Both the position numbers and the translations under genes were made by a program. 64,000 nt of DNA from contig NC_087436.1 of assembly GCF_036321535.1 (NCBI RefSeq), positions 15,996,001-16,060,000 of the forward strand, in the 5' to 3' direction. A model generated the notes under the pieces. That model did not search any database and had not been told where the DNA came from. It saw only the letters and a list, made by a program, of their open reading frames with translations. This stretch comes from Camelus dromedarius. Its lineage: Eukaryota. Every line of letters begins with the position of its first letter. The stretch's first letter is position 1. This document shows, one piece after another, positions 1 through 12,679 of the stretch.

Positions 1-3000
1 AGCTCTTAAAAAAATCAACTATGATTTTTCTAGGCTGGCCTCTTTTGGGAAAAAGGCAGAATTTACTAATATCTATGAAGCTGTATGCCTTCTTTTTAAT
101 TCAGTAATAGTGAATTCCTGATAAGTTCCCAGAGCATATGTAGTAAATTCAGAGGTTCACAGTACACTGAGTAAAATATTATCTCTTATTTTGAATACAT
201 TGCCCTTTAATCTCATTTTATGGGACAAAGCAAATAGGACCCTCTGATTGCTTTTTAATATATTTTTCAAAATTCATGCATCAGAAGAGATAAGAAACAA
301 AGCTGATACATGGGCAATAGTTGATATAAAAGTATATAATAAATTTCTCTCTGAAGCCATTGTATATGTTCTGGTAAATCTATTATAAAATACTCTCCTT
401 GAAGAACCATATGCAGAATTACAGAATAATTTGCTGTCTTGAAGACCATTGTGTTTATTGGTAAAACCCCACAAAACCTGTATCTAGCCCATAATGTACC
501 TTTGCCCCCTATTATTTAAACTTTGTATAATTTGTGGTGGTAGTGTTTCTCAAATAGTTTCCAGGTTTTTCCATTTTGGGCTAGAATTTTTAGTTCTTTC
601 TTTTCCCTCTCTGGTCCCCTTTATTTAAAAAAAATAATTTATTCCTTTTTAAAGTCATTCTAAGTCATCTTTGTGATGATGATCTTTCTTTTTGTCCTTC
701 GTTTTGATTTTCGTACCTGACCCTTTCCTCTTCCTGTCACTACACTCTTGTTGTCACTGTTATATGGTGTCTCCATTTTAGTTTATCACTTCTAGTCTGT
801 TCCATTGATTGCTGCCATGGACATTACTGCCTTGATAAGAAATCTAACCTAATTGAGTATTTTCAGTCATTTTATTTCTTGCTTTCCCACAGCCCACTTT
901 TCATATTTTTGCCTACCATACTTGCCCTTGTATTCTGTTCTCTTTTCACTTGCAATCCAAATCCCACAAATAAAGAGTTATCTCTCCAACATCAGTATTT
1001 TCAACTGATAGATTTTTGTATTCTTTTTGGTAGATCTCTTGATTTAAGTTATTTGCCATTAAAAAAAAAATACACTCTTTACAGTATATTGCAAGATTAT
1101 TTTCCTTCTTCGGGTTCAAGCAGGATTTGGGAAAAGTGATTTGTGGTTGAATTGATTGTTATTGTAATTACATGCTGAGCTGGGCGATTTATTCTTGCAG
1201 ATCTGGGTAAGCTGGGTATTAGTCTTGGTTTGGTCTTACGTATTTTCTTTATATGAAAGTACAGTTAATATCTTTCCCTGTGGAACATAAACCTTTGTGC
1301 CTTGGGATGACTTCAGTTCTGAATTTTATAGTGAGTCAGTGACAAAAAATGAGCTGCTTAAATTCAGTAATAGATTATCGGTTAATAAAAAATATGCTTG
1401 ATAGAACATATACATTAGTAAAAATGAGAATTTCTTTGGAAGAAACCATGTGAATTGAAAACATAAAATATAAGTTTTGTAGCAGAAAAGTCAACTATTT
1501 GGAAATTTAGATATTGAAATGGGATTTCTAAATTTTACATATGGCACAATTAAGGAGAAACTGGGACTGGATCCCAAAAACAGAGTTAGAGCTTGTCAGC
1601 TTTGTATGAGGCCAAAGGTTCTTTTGTCAAAACATAACCACTCAAATAATTTTATAATTTTGTGAAAAAATTAAGGATTTGTAAATACATTTTAAAACTG
1701 TGTACATTATTAAAACTATAGTCAGTATTCAAATTTTGACTACATACAAATTTCAGATTTTAGTTTGAATAAGGTTTCTTAGTTTCTTAGCATTTTATTA
1801 GCAAATAGTATAATCTAATAATAATGGCAATTTTTTTCATAATAAGTTGTAAAAGATTTATCAGAGAACAAGGTATATCATTTGTATTTGTACATTTATA
1901 AAGAAAACTAAGAGATAAAGAGTTTTTAGTAAATATATAAAAATATTTACATTTTAAAGTTACTCATCAGCAAAGGTTTAAATGGCCAGAGAACAATATG
2001 TGTTAAAATGCTGTTAATTTTTTTTTCTAATATGCTGTGGTTTTCCTCAAATATGTATGGTTGCAAAGCATAAATGATTAAAATAAAATTGAAGCTAACC
2101 CAGTGGAGGAACTAAATAGACTGTTCTTAAGTAATTTATGTACTGGGTGTTTGCTAATCTTCAAAATTAATAATTATACTAACTTCTGCTATATCAGGCT
2201 CTCTTCTGTTTATCAGAGCCATGTTTATTATAAATTAGTATGTTCATTTTTAATGTTGAAGAAAAATATTTGATTCTTTACTTCGTATATTTGACCCAAG
2301 AGACTTATCTTTTCTTATTCAATGAAAGTTTCTTTTATTCAATAAAGAGTTTTAACTGGGCATATAGATTGTCCCCCTGAACTGGTCCGGAATGGATGGG
2401 GAGGGAGAGAGAGGGCAATTAAAAATACAGTGTTTAGGGATTAAATATTGGCATTTGTTTTAATGATACTTTATTGCAAAGGGCATTATTTATTTAGACC
2501 CCTAGGGACCTTGAATGAGCAATTGACTATTCCCTGGATAGATGCTAGATGAATGATCTGTTTAGATTTTCCTTTATGTTCTTTTAAATGTCTGGGAAAC
2601 TGTCAGTTTGAAGGAGCCAGTCTATCAGTGCAAGGATAAGGAGAAGATAAGTCAGTATCAGTCCACATGTTGAAGGTTGCTTTTGAATTTACGTATGTGT
2701 GATCACTTGTTGAAAATATTTAATGTTAAATTAATCAAAAACAAATTTGTCATAGATTTATGATTTTTAATCTTAGCTGAAAAAAATGCAAGATGTATTT
2801 GGAAGTTACATTTTTCTGACTGGTACGAATGAAGAATAACCTAGGATGAAATTACTGATACATTTAGTTTATTTTTTCATGTGATTTTTTTTCCCTCTTA
2901 AATCTGTTGATAGTTGATTCACTTATGTTTGTTGGTGAAGTGTGTTTTATGACTTAAAGAGACCACTTTATACAAATCCCTTTCTGCTATAGTCTCCTTT

Positions 3001-4739
3001 AGGTTTGAAAATCTGCATTACTTACGGGGTATTGTCAGGAAATCATTTTTGTTATTGTTTTGTTTAGAGCAAACAGTGCTCCTACTCTTTAAAATTTTTG
3101 GTATCTATTTCAGGTCATTAAAATTAAAGTAGTTCAGTAAAAGCTAATTTAGTTTTTAATGTCCAAAGCCTCATACAAACATATTCTTGAGGTTTATTAC
3201 TGCTCTCTATACTTTTAAATAGATGAGACCTTATGTGTTCCTTTTCATCCAGTTCAGAAGAGGTTAGGAAAAACTACTAATTAGTCCTTTGAGAGAAAAT
3301 GTCTGATATACTCTAAATCAGGATGGTCTTTAAAAACTACCACCAAAAAAATAAAGCTCAGAAATATTTCATTAATCGTTGGTAATAGAAGTCAGTTGCC
3401 AACCATGGTTCAATGCTCATATTGCTGTGGAGAATTTAGAAAATTACAGGTGTCATTAACTGAATGTAATAAAGCTGTTGGATCTCCAAAGTACTTCATT
3501 GAGTGTTGTGGAGGATTAGAAGGATTGGAGCTGTCAGGAATGCCAGATACTGAAGAATGAAAAAAAAAAAATTCAAATTCACCCTGTTTTGCCTTCTACT
3601 TTGAAATTTTCTTGTGAAAAATGGAAATCTTTTGATGATGAAATAGGAGTTGATAGATATACTTTTAAAAATTGTCAGTATGGAAAAATGTGTGCCTTAA
3701 CTTCATTTTTAATTAAAAAATTTTAAGATTAATTTTATCTTATGCATTAGGATGGATTCCATTCAGTTTGTTAGAGTTTTTATGTACAGTCAGTTCTCGC
3801 TTGAGCAGTATGATGAGGCTGGGAGGAAGGTTCGCAGTAAACAAGAATCCCAGTAAAAAGAAAAGTGAGCTCTAGTTACCAGGGGAAGCGGAAGGAAGTG
3901 TTTTGTGGAAGAGAGGTTCACTGGGGGTAAGTTCGTCTTGTTGTGGGAATGTGCTTGCTCTGAGAGGTAGGCTCGGTAATTATCCAGAGGTTAATTGTGG
4001 AAGATTGCTGCAGTGCCCTCCCTGCAAAGGAACCAAGCCTGTGGGGGATCAAGTAGTCCAGATTTCCAGATCCTTCTGTTTGGCTAAGACCTGTAATCAG
4101 AACTGTTGGCTGTTGATCAGATTCTGCCTAAAGATCAAGCATATTTCAGGGAAGGTCAAGTTGTCCCAGATCTTTGCTGTTTCTTAATCAGTTAAATCTA
4201 CAGAACCCCTGATTAGAGCCTGGCTTTGTTTATCTATACCCAGAGTAAACTTTGCTCCAGTTGGAAAAGTAAGTTGAATGACGTGACCAGATATAATGGA
4301 AATGAGCCTGAGGAGATTGTGGGAGTGATGTGAGGCAATGACAGGCTGTAAAGGACAGTGGGTAGATTTACCATATGTTTATGGTTATGCTTTATTTTAT
4401 ACCAATCTGATAAAGAAAGTGTTGGAAATCCACTTTTTATAACAGTTAAGTTTGGTATTGATTCTTTGCTCTACATTTTCTAGAGTGCACAACAGAATTT
4501 TCCTTTTGTTTCTTTCTAAGTTTTTGTGGTGAGTTTTTAAAAAGGTACTTTAAAAGCTTTGTCTCATTTTAGTTGCCTATAGTTAATGCCACTTGAGTAA
4601 TTGTTGAAGAATTTGTGTTTTCAGCCTGAACTACATTCTAAAGGGAAACATGAAAATGTTAAATATTTTGAACGCAGTCATGGTCATAAAAGGGTAAGGA
4701 AGGAGGCTGTCATTCACTGTCCATTTACTATGGTCCAGT

Positions 4740-4890
4740 CTCTGTTCATCCTCAAAATAATTCTGTCAAGTATAGATATGGGTATTAATTTTATAGACGT
4801 GGAAAATAAGGCACAGAGAGCTTAGGTAACTTTGCCCATCACACAGCTGATAAGTGGCACAGCCCTTACTGCTTCCCCAAACATTTCAAT
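4740..4890 (-). mobile_element. MIR SINE fragment
   Basis: attttatagacgtggaaaataaggcacagagagcttaggtaactttgcccatcacacagctgataagtggcacagcc resembles the reverse complement of the MIR core. Confidence 0.75.
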
Positions 4891-5869
4891 CCTAAACCCC
4901 TTAAGGGTAGTTGTTATCAAGGAAACTAGTGTAATATTAATATTGATAGAATAAGAATTCGATTTGAAAATGGCTGGTTGTGGGTGGCCAGTGAGGAAGT
5001 GTTTTCTGCCAGTGTAGAACACCTTTTCCAGAAAGAAAGTTGGTAATGGAAATTATTTAAGATTTTGATGGTTGAGATAGCTTGAGAGGTTAGCAGGATT
5101 GCCTTTAGATGTGGAAGAGAAAGGCTCTGGTCTTGGATGACCTGGCATTTCTTTTTGAAAGCAGGAAGAGAATAGGTGTCAGGCTGAGATGAGTGGAGAA
5201 ACTTTTGTATTTATTATGGGTGGGAATTTAATAGGTAAGTAATATATATCCTAAAAATGGATAGAATGAATCATGAGTATATAGTAGAATCACTCAGAAG
5301 AGCTCTAGACCTTTTTTTCTAGTGCCTTGCAGAAATATGGGAAAGTAACATTGGAGAATCTACTTTATCTTGGGTGCTTTACATTTTTGAATTAAAATGT
5401 CCTAAAAACCTGTTAAAAATTTGGTGATATTCCTATTTTCTGTATCATGTTAGTACAGGTGGTTTAAAGGGAAGATTATAGAATTCTGTATGGTAAAAAG
5501 TCATCACAGAATTGGCAAGAATTTGTAATGAATGATAAAAGCTAAATTTCGCTAGTTATATGTAACAAATAATTACAAATAAAAAGATTGTAATAAAAAT
5601 ACTTAAAAGTTCAGAACAGTCATTTACGTTTCCTATTTTGTTTTCAGTAAATTGGGAAAGTACATTGAATTTTACTAGTAATCAAAGAAGTGTAAATTGT
5701 TTATTCTTTCTTCAGGGCAGTTTAGCAATATGTGTCCACACATAAAGGATGCGTTTATTGACTTCTGGGAAGTTACTTCAAAAATATAAAGGAGTGCCTA
5801 TCAATTTATGTAAGCACATATGAAACATTGTCTTTTATGGTAAAAAAAAAATTGGAAACAGCTCAAATG

Positions 5870-6500
5870 AATATCCCTGAATTTGAGTTGGTCTGATATT
5901 TCCTCATGATTAGAGACAGATTGTATTTCTTTGGTAGGAATATGATGGAACAGACAGAAAAGGAAATAATCGGATCTCATGGTGCACAGTTCTGACTTAC
6001 AGTGCTGTTGGTGACCACTTTCATCACTTGATTAAAGTGTAACTGCCGGTTTTCTATATTATAAAGTTATTTTTTCCCTTTTGTAATTAATAAGTATTTT
6101 GTGGAGAGGAACCTGAAAATTATTTGAATATCCTGTTGCTCAGATTCTTAATGTATCATATCAATATGACCTCATAGCTTCCTATTTTATTGACGATTTT
6201 ATAATCAGTTACTATTGTTATTTATTTTGATGCTCAAATTGTCCTCATTTTGGTCAGTTGAGAGTCCCTTTAAGCTGGTTTCTGTGCCATTGTGAGATTA
6301 TCTTATTATTCCTTGGACATTTCCTTGCTTTCTAAACAACAAAACTAGATGTGTTAAGCTCATTTTGTACTTTTCTTTCACAGATCTTGAATCAGCTATT
6401 TCTTTCTTTTAGTGGAGAATAGTATTTAGAAGCCAAGATTTGGACATTGGGTGTTAGGGTATTGCTGCTCCCAGGTCCTCTCAGTGGACAGAGCTAGGGA
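5870..6500 (-). mobile_element. Old L1 (L1MC-like) 3' UTR fragment
   Basis: Contains gtctgatatttcctcatgattaga, ttattttgatgctcaaattgtcc and tttagaagccaagatttggacattgggtgt, recalled from antisense L1MC 3' ends. Boundaries are approximate. Confidence 0.6.
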
Positions 6501-6501
6501 C

Positions 6502-6552
<51 letters not shown>

Positions 6553-6615
6553 ATATATGTGTGTGTGTGTGTATATATATATATGTATATATATGTATGT
6601 ATATGTATATATGTG
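6502..6615. repeat. Compound (TG)n/(TA)n microsatellite
   Basis: A pure TG run is directly visible, followed by mixed TATG/TA repeats. Confidence 0.98.
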
Positions 6616-6638
6616 AATAAGAGTTTGGACTTTATATA

Positions 6639-7080
6639 CAGACATACCCCTTGGAGATAGTGAGGTTTGGTTCCAGACCACTGCAATAAAGCGAATATCA
6701 CAATAAAGTGAGTCATGTGAATTTTTTGGTTTCCCAGTGCATATAAAAGTTGTTTATACTATACTGTAGACTATTAAATATGCAAACATTATGTCTAAAA
6801 ATACTATGTAATACCTTAAATGAAAAGTACTTTATTACTAAAAAATGCTAACCATCATCTGAGCTTTCAGGGAGGTATAATCTTTTTGCAATAATAACAT
6901 CAAAGATCACTGATCACAGATCACCAATAGAAACATAGTAATAATGAAAAATTATTGAGAACCACCAGAATGTGATGTAGAGACATGAAGTGAGCAAATA
7001 CTATTGGAAAAATGGCAATGATAGACTTACTGGACACGGGGTTGCCACAAATCTTCAATTTGTAAAAAATACAATTTGTA
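6639..7080 (-). mobile_element. Internally deleted Tigger1 derivative (TcMar-Tigger DNA transposon)
   Basis: Starts ta|cagacatacc (TA site plus TIR), then gttccagaccactgcaataaagcgaatatc (reverse of the Tigger1 3' end). It ends with gggttgccacaaatcttcaatttgtaaaaaa (reverse of the Tigger1 5' region). Confidence 0.88.
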
Positions 7081-7094
7081 AAAAAAACAAAATG

Positions 7095-7394
7095 TATTAC
7101 GCTTCACTTATTGTGCTTTGCAGATACAGCATTTTTATACAAATTGAAAGTTTGTGGCAGCCCTATGTCAGATGTTGGTTAGCATTTTTTAGTAATAAAG
7201 TATTTTTAAATAGGAAAATGTCCCATTTTGGGGGGAAAAACTGTTGTTGCACACATAGTAGACTATAGTATAGTGTAAACATAAATTTTATATGCACTGG
7301 GAAACCAAAAACTTCATGTGACTTGCTTTATTGTCATATTTGTTTTATTGCTGTGGTCTGGAACTGAACCCAAAATATCTCTGAGGTATGCCTC
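7095..7394 (+). mobile_element. Second, shorter internally deleted Tigger1 derivative in the opposite orientation
   Basis: ttattgtgctttgcagatacagc...caaattgaaagtttgtggcagccct (Tigger1 5' part) is joined to cagatgttggttagcattttt...gtggtctggaactgaacccaaaatatctctgaggtatgcct (3' end and TIR). Confidence 0.88.
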
Positions 7395-9119
7395 ACTTAG
7401 ACAATAAGTTTAGATTGTACAGTCATTCTTCCTCTAATTTACGTTATCTTGAGGTTGTAGATTGCAAGATAAAAGTTTCAAAAAGTTACACAGTTTTTCC
7501 TTCTTTAGTCATTTATCACATTGCAGATTTAATTCTGTTGCTTTCATGATTTTATCCACTGTGTTTTCTCACAGTTAGGTCTCAACTTCTGGCCGACTAC
7601 AGTCGTTAAGATGCCTTTGTAAGCTGCATTGATTTGAGAGATAATATCACGTGGAAAAATGTGCACCTTACCCTGATGAAATAACTTGCTATGGAAAGAA
7701 TTCTTGCTTAGAGATTTCTTAAAAAATCTTGGTATCTTCCTCTGCCTGACTTCATCTAAAGTCTCCGTCAATGTCCTCCAACCAAATCCCATAGTAATAA
7801 ACCTTTGGTTGAGTAAGTTAGTTCAGTAAGGGAGAAGCATACAATGGGGAAACTTAAGGCATCTCAGTAATAGAGTATTGTAAAAGGTTTATGAGAGAAT
7901 TTGAGCTTGTTAGAACTCTCTAAGCCTCAGTAAATTATCCTCCAAGTTAGTCTTCTAGACCTACATTTTGAAGACTTGTCATAATGTGTGTTGTTTCTGT
8001 ACCTGTCCATTCTGTCCCCATCCAACTCTGTCAGAGTTAATTTCCTGGTGATTATTTTTTTTCCCGAGTAAAATTTATAAGCACAGTTATTTGTTGAAAA
8101 CATAAAGAAGATATCTCTTATACAAGACAAAAGAGTTTGAACATTTTATACTATAAGAGGGTGAGCTGGCCATTCAACAATACAGATATACAAGAGTACT
8201 CAAGGGTACTGGAGAGTAAAATAAGACCACATGTTGGGAATTAACTCTACATAGTAGTTTGAATAAAGCTAGGGACATAAAATCGTAGGAGATAGAGAGG
8301 GAAGTATATACCAGGTGGGAAGATTGACCTACTGAAATATGGGAGGTGGGAATGATTAAGGAAGCAATTTCTGCAGTTAACACAAGTTGAGAATGTTCTA
8401 CTGTGTCATTTTGTCTAGGCTCTAGAGATAGATGGATGAAAATGATGAAATCTTTGCTTTCAATAAGATTAGTAGACTAGGAAAAAGGATATAAAAATCA
8501 ATTGAAATACAGTGTGACTAGTGCAACAACAGGTTATATACCAATTACAGTGAGGACATAAATGAGGGAGTATATGTTCTGTTTGAATCATTTAAGAAAG
8601 GTTTCTTAGGTGGTCCTTGCATAATGATTGCCAGACTAGACTCAGAAGCATTTACGGTATAGCAGAAGTTATTTGGTGACTGAATAAGGATAGTTTTCAT
8701 GGTAATGAAGCACACCTATTTAAGCTAAATTTGGAATTAGCTGTTTCTGTTTTTTGCTTCAGTTAAGAAAGGTTTTTGCTTATAAACCTCTATTACTACT
8801 TGGAGTTGTGTGGAAGGATGGAAGGAATCATGACCCCAATATAGTGAGTCAGAATTTACTTTTTTCTGCTTTTTCAGCCAGTGGATGGAAGGACTGCTTA
8901 GTGTGATAATTGAACCTGTAACTGAAATTTATATATTGAATGATCCAAGAAAAACTTTGTTGATTGGTAGATTTTAATGTTATCTAGATTATAATAGGCA
9001 TTTAAAAATCCATTATGATAGGTTTTTGTTGTTGTTGATTTGGTATCAAGATACCATTTTTGTTTCAACTCTTGTATCTAAAAACAGAAAATTCCCTAAA
9101 CGGATATTTTCTTTTATAG

Positions 9120-9198
9120 GTGGTAGATCATCTAATGCAAAATTACCTGCGGTTCCAACAGTTGGTTCAGTTCCGCAAGACCAAGTTTCAAATATGAG
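9120..9198 (+). CDS. LRBA: LRBA internal coding exon, 79 nt, phase 1 to 2; encodes (G)GRSSNAKLPAVPTVGSVPQDQVSNM(S)
   Basis: Acceptor ttttcttttatag ends at 9119; donor AG|gtattc begins at 9199. The terminal AG joins the T at 10963 to give Ser in frame with the next exon. Confidence 0.88.
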
Positions 9199-10014
9199 GT
9201 ATTCAAATTACTAACTTGGATATTTGTGATTTATTCCTTCTGATGACTCTTAAAACTGTCTAGCTACAGTCTTTTTTTTTTTTTTTTAACAGATATTACA
9301 TTTAGAGGCATGGGAATATTTTAGAAGTTTCTTCTTAAAGATTATGAGATGTAAAAGATTCATAAGAAGTAGCTATTTGTGATTCATAAATGCTGCAGGC
9401 ATAACAAATACTTAATTACTTAGGTAGTATGGCTTGTATTCCATATGATTGCAAATTGAACATTTGGAATTCATTGTTCCTCTTCCCTAGAAATGCTGAA
9501 ATAAGTTTAGCCAGTCAGCCAAAGCTATAGTGACACTGAACAATAGATAGATTTTTACTGTCATTAATCTTTTTTAATTGGGACGGTGCATTTCAAATTC
9601 TCATTTGGAATGCTGTGAATATTTTCTACCACTAGGGTCATTGTGGCCAGAGTTCTTAATTTTTCCTTACCACAATTGGAAAATGCAAAGCACTTTACAA
9701 AGGCACCAGGGTGCTACAAGTAGAGGCTCCTAGCTGTGATGTCATCCATGGATAAGAGGCTCCATGTGCTAAGTGGAGAGGAGTAGTATTACGGGTAGTA
9801 CCTGAGAAGAGATGGTTATTGACCACAGAAATTTCCAGCAGCTTACCAATGGACGGTTTCAGTACTTTCAGTAATTGATAGTTTGAATAGGAAGTTCTCC
9901 TATGAGTAGTAAATAAGTAATGACTGTTTACATATATGCTTTGTTTATAACTTAGAAACAGAATTTTCTGAAATGCAGGGGCCTTTTTTTTAACTCCTTA
10001 AATATGTATATATG

Positions 10015-10335
10015 TAGTTGGATATGGATCCAACCAACATCAGATTGAAAATATTAAAAAAAAAAATTCCAGAAGGTTTCCAAAACCAAAACTTGAATTT
10101 GCCTTGCATTGGCAACTATTTACATACTATTTACATTGTATTTACAATAATTTCCACAGCATTTACATTGTATCAGGTATTATAAGTAATCTAAATATGA
10201 TTTAAAATATACAGAAGGGTGTGCATGAGTTATGTGCAAATACTATGCCCTTTTATATAAGGGACTTGAGCATCCACAGATTTTGCTGTCTGTGGGAGTT
10301 TTGAAACTATTTGCCCGTGGAAACTGAGAAACTGT
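10015..10335. mobile_element. Tigger3a/MER7-like non-autonomous DNA transposon
   Basis: Diagnostic blocks caaaacttgaatttgcc, gcatttacattgtatcaggtattataagtaatcta and ttttatataagggacttgagcatcc. Confidence 0.85.
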
Positions 10336-10962
10336 GTGTGTATATATGTGTTTCTGTGTGTATACATATATGTATGAATATATGTACATATAGTCACAAA
10401 GGCATACATTGTGTAAACTGAGATCATTGTAAATGTGCCAGTAAAGTATACTGTTTACAAATGAAAAGTTTTTCAGATTGCGTTAGAAAGAAATTACTAT
10501 AGAGACAGATGTCAATGAAAAATAAACTGATTCTTTCAGTTTATAAGCATTTATTGAATTTGTACTGTATGGTGCAGCTGAGAACTTAGAAGCTAAGGCA
10601 TAGTTCTTGATCTGAAGGTACTTGTGGTTTAGTGGTAATAGAAAATTTAATAAGGACTTGATAGAGTTTGTTTAGTTTATAATGGGCTTAAATCAAGTGC
10701 TCTCTACTGGCCAGTTAAGACTTCCAATAAGCTGATGATTGGAGTGGTTGTTTACCAGGTTGTCTGTGAGGGCTGGGGGTGGCAATATAGAACAGAATGA
10801 AAAAGGGTATTCCAGGCAGAAGGAATGGTATGCATAGCGATAGTGAGGCTTTAGGGAAATTTTAAATTTTCACATAGTTTTATATTTCTATCACTGATTT
10901 TAAAACTAGAAAATTTATAAATGCTAATGAATAGAACAAGTGAGTTAACACCTTTCCATTAG

Positions 10963-11096
10963 TATTACAGAGAGGCTCGAACATGCTTTGGAAAAGGCAG
11001 CTCCTCTTCTGCGAGAGATTTTTGTAGATTTTGCACCTTTTCTTTCTCGGACACTTTTGGGTAGCCACGGACAAGAACTGCTTATAGAAGGAACAA
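10963..11096 (+). CDS. LRBA: LRBA internal coding exon, 134 nt, phase 2 to 1; encodes (S)[44 protein letters not shown](S)
   Basis: Acceptor cctttccattag ends at 10962; donor CAA|gtaagt begins at 11097. The peptide is the conserved LRBA/NBEA segment seen in ORF 10988..11251. Confidence 0.96.
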
Positions 11097-11120
11097 GTAA
11101 GTGGCTTTTCTGTTTTTTTT

Positions 11121-11136
11121 TACACGTGTGCGCACG

Positions 11137-11182
<46 letters not shown>

Positions 11183-11203
11183 TATACATGCACACACACA
11201 CAT
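11121..11203. repeat. (CG)/(CA)/(TA) alternating purine-pyrimidine microsatellite
   Basis: Directly visible: tacacgtgtgcgcacgcacgcgcgcgcacaca...cacat. Confidence 0.98.
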
Positions 11204-12679
11204 TTATTTGTGTATTTCTTAAATTTCAGGGTTAAAAACTTCAATGAATAACTAGATTAATGGGGATTTATTGTTTGTTTTCAAGGTTTCTCACAGAGTC
11301 TGTACGTATTTTTTAAAGAATAAGTTATGTCTGATAATTCTGTTTTATACAAGGTTTTCAAAATCAGTGATTTGGATGAGATTTGTGTGCAGTAAATGTG
11401 TGTGTTTTTAGGAATAATAAAAAAAAGAAAAGAAAATTATGTATTGAACCAAAGAACTAAGAAAATTTTTAATGCATTAAAATTAACTATGAGAATAAAG
11501 AATTAGAGAGACTAATGTTACAGTAATTAGTGGGGCATTTACCTGGGATTTTACTTGAATTTAAGATCTATATAACCAACAGTGTACTGCCACATACTAG
11601 GAAAATGAGGAATGCATTATTAGTCTCTATCCGTAGAATTCTGTCTTACAAATAAGTAGAAGGTACAGTAGTATTTTACTCTTTCCTGCCTATATCATAC
11701 ATAGATGACTGGATCTTTTCTAGGTAGAGTACTTTGAGGTTGTGTCAAACTAGTCACTAGATGATCTCCTAAGGAATTTCTTAAAACTTGTGGGGAAAAA
11801 AAAGCCCCTCTTTTTATAGAAATAAGGATATAATGGTAGTGCAAGTTATAGGTAAGATAATAGTTTAAAATGTCTGTGTCTGATGTTAATTATGGGATGT
11901 CAGCACTGTTTCCGTATGGTCAAAAAGTAACACTTAATTTATTTGAAAACAAAGTTTAGGTTTTAGAAATACTTGAATTAAGTTTAGGGTGGAAATTTAT
12001 CTGCTAAAAGATATAAATATTTAGCCAAGAACTATTGATCTGATGAAGTAATAAGATTTGAAAGGAAATGAAGTGATAAATCAAAGGTTGCACCCTAATT
12101 TATGCTTCATGTATTATTTTCTTCTTTTAAAGTGGTGTGACAATTTATTAATTATATTTCATTTTGTAACTGTACAATGAATGTATTAATTATAGCCTTT
12201 CAGTGTAGCAGGACATTGTTGCCATTTATTTGGTCTTTGAATTTTATAATGATCCAATAAAATAGGATCATCTTAGGTACTCAGAAGTACTAAACTTTCC
12301 AATTCTAGATCTTGAACAAAATTTAGAATCAATTTCTTATTGGTAAATTCTGATAAAATGACAAGAAGGAAGATGATACTCTTGCTCAGATATCTATAAA
12401 CTTGGGTGGTACCTCCTCATAGGGCTGAGTTCATAAAAACAGCAAACAAATTAAGAGCTGTAATGTAGCTTTTATATTTTAAGTTGTGAGGAATCCTTTG
12501 GGTAGTGGTTCCATGCACTGTGAAACAGAAAAGTTTTGAGTGGAGGTGGTTGCACCGTGGTACTTTCCAAAAAGCATTGGACTGAAAGGGAGGAGACCTC
12601 AGTCTTAATTCTGCCCTTGCCAGTGACCTACCTAGCTGTGTGACCAGGTACTCGAAAATTTATTACTTTTAAATCTTTT

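Noticed and set aside
6426..6716. Overlapping ORFs with HT/VC/YI repeats (also 10230..10427 and 10945..11244)
   Set aside because: These are translations of dinucleotide microsatellites, which lack stop codons.
7544..7792. 82-aa minus-strand ORF
   Set aside because: No recognisable homology or supporting gene structure; this length is expected by chance.
9199..10962. Possible U12-type intron (gtattc donor, short pyrimidine tract, ttaac near the acceptor)
   Set aside because: The donor does not match GTATCCTT and gagttaac does not match the TCCTTAAC branch site; a weak U2 intron is more likely.
10988..11251. 87-aa ORF as a standalone gene
   Set aside because: Only 10963-11096 is exonic. The annotated start is a TTG inside the exon, and the tail is intron read-through past a consensus donor.
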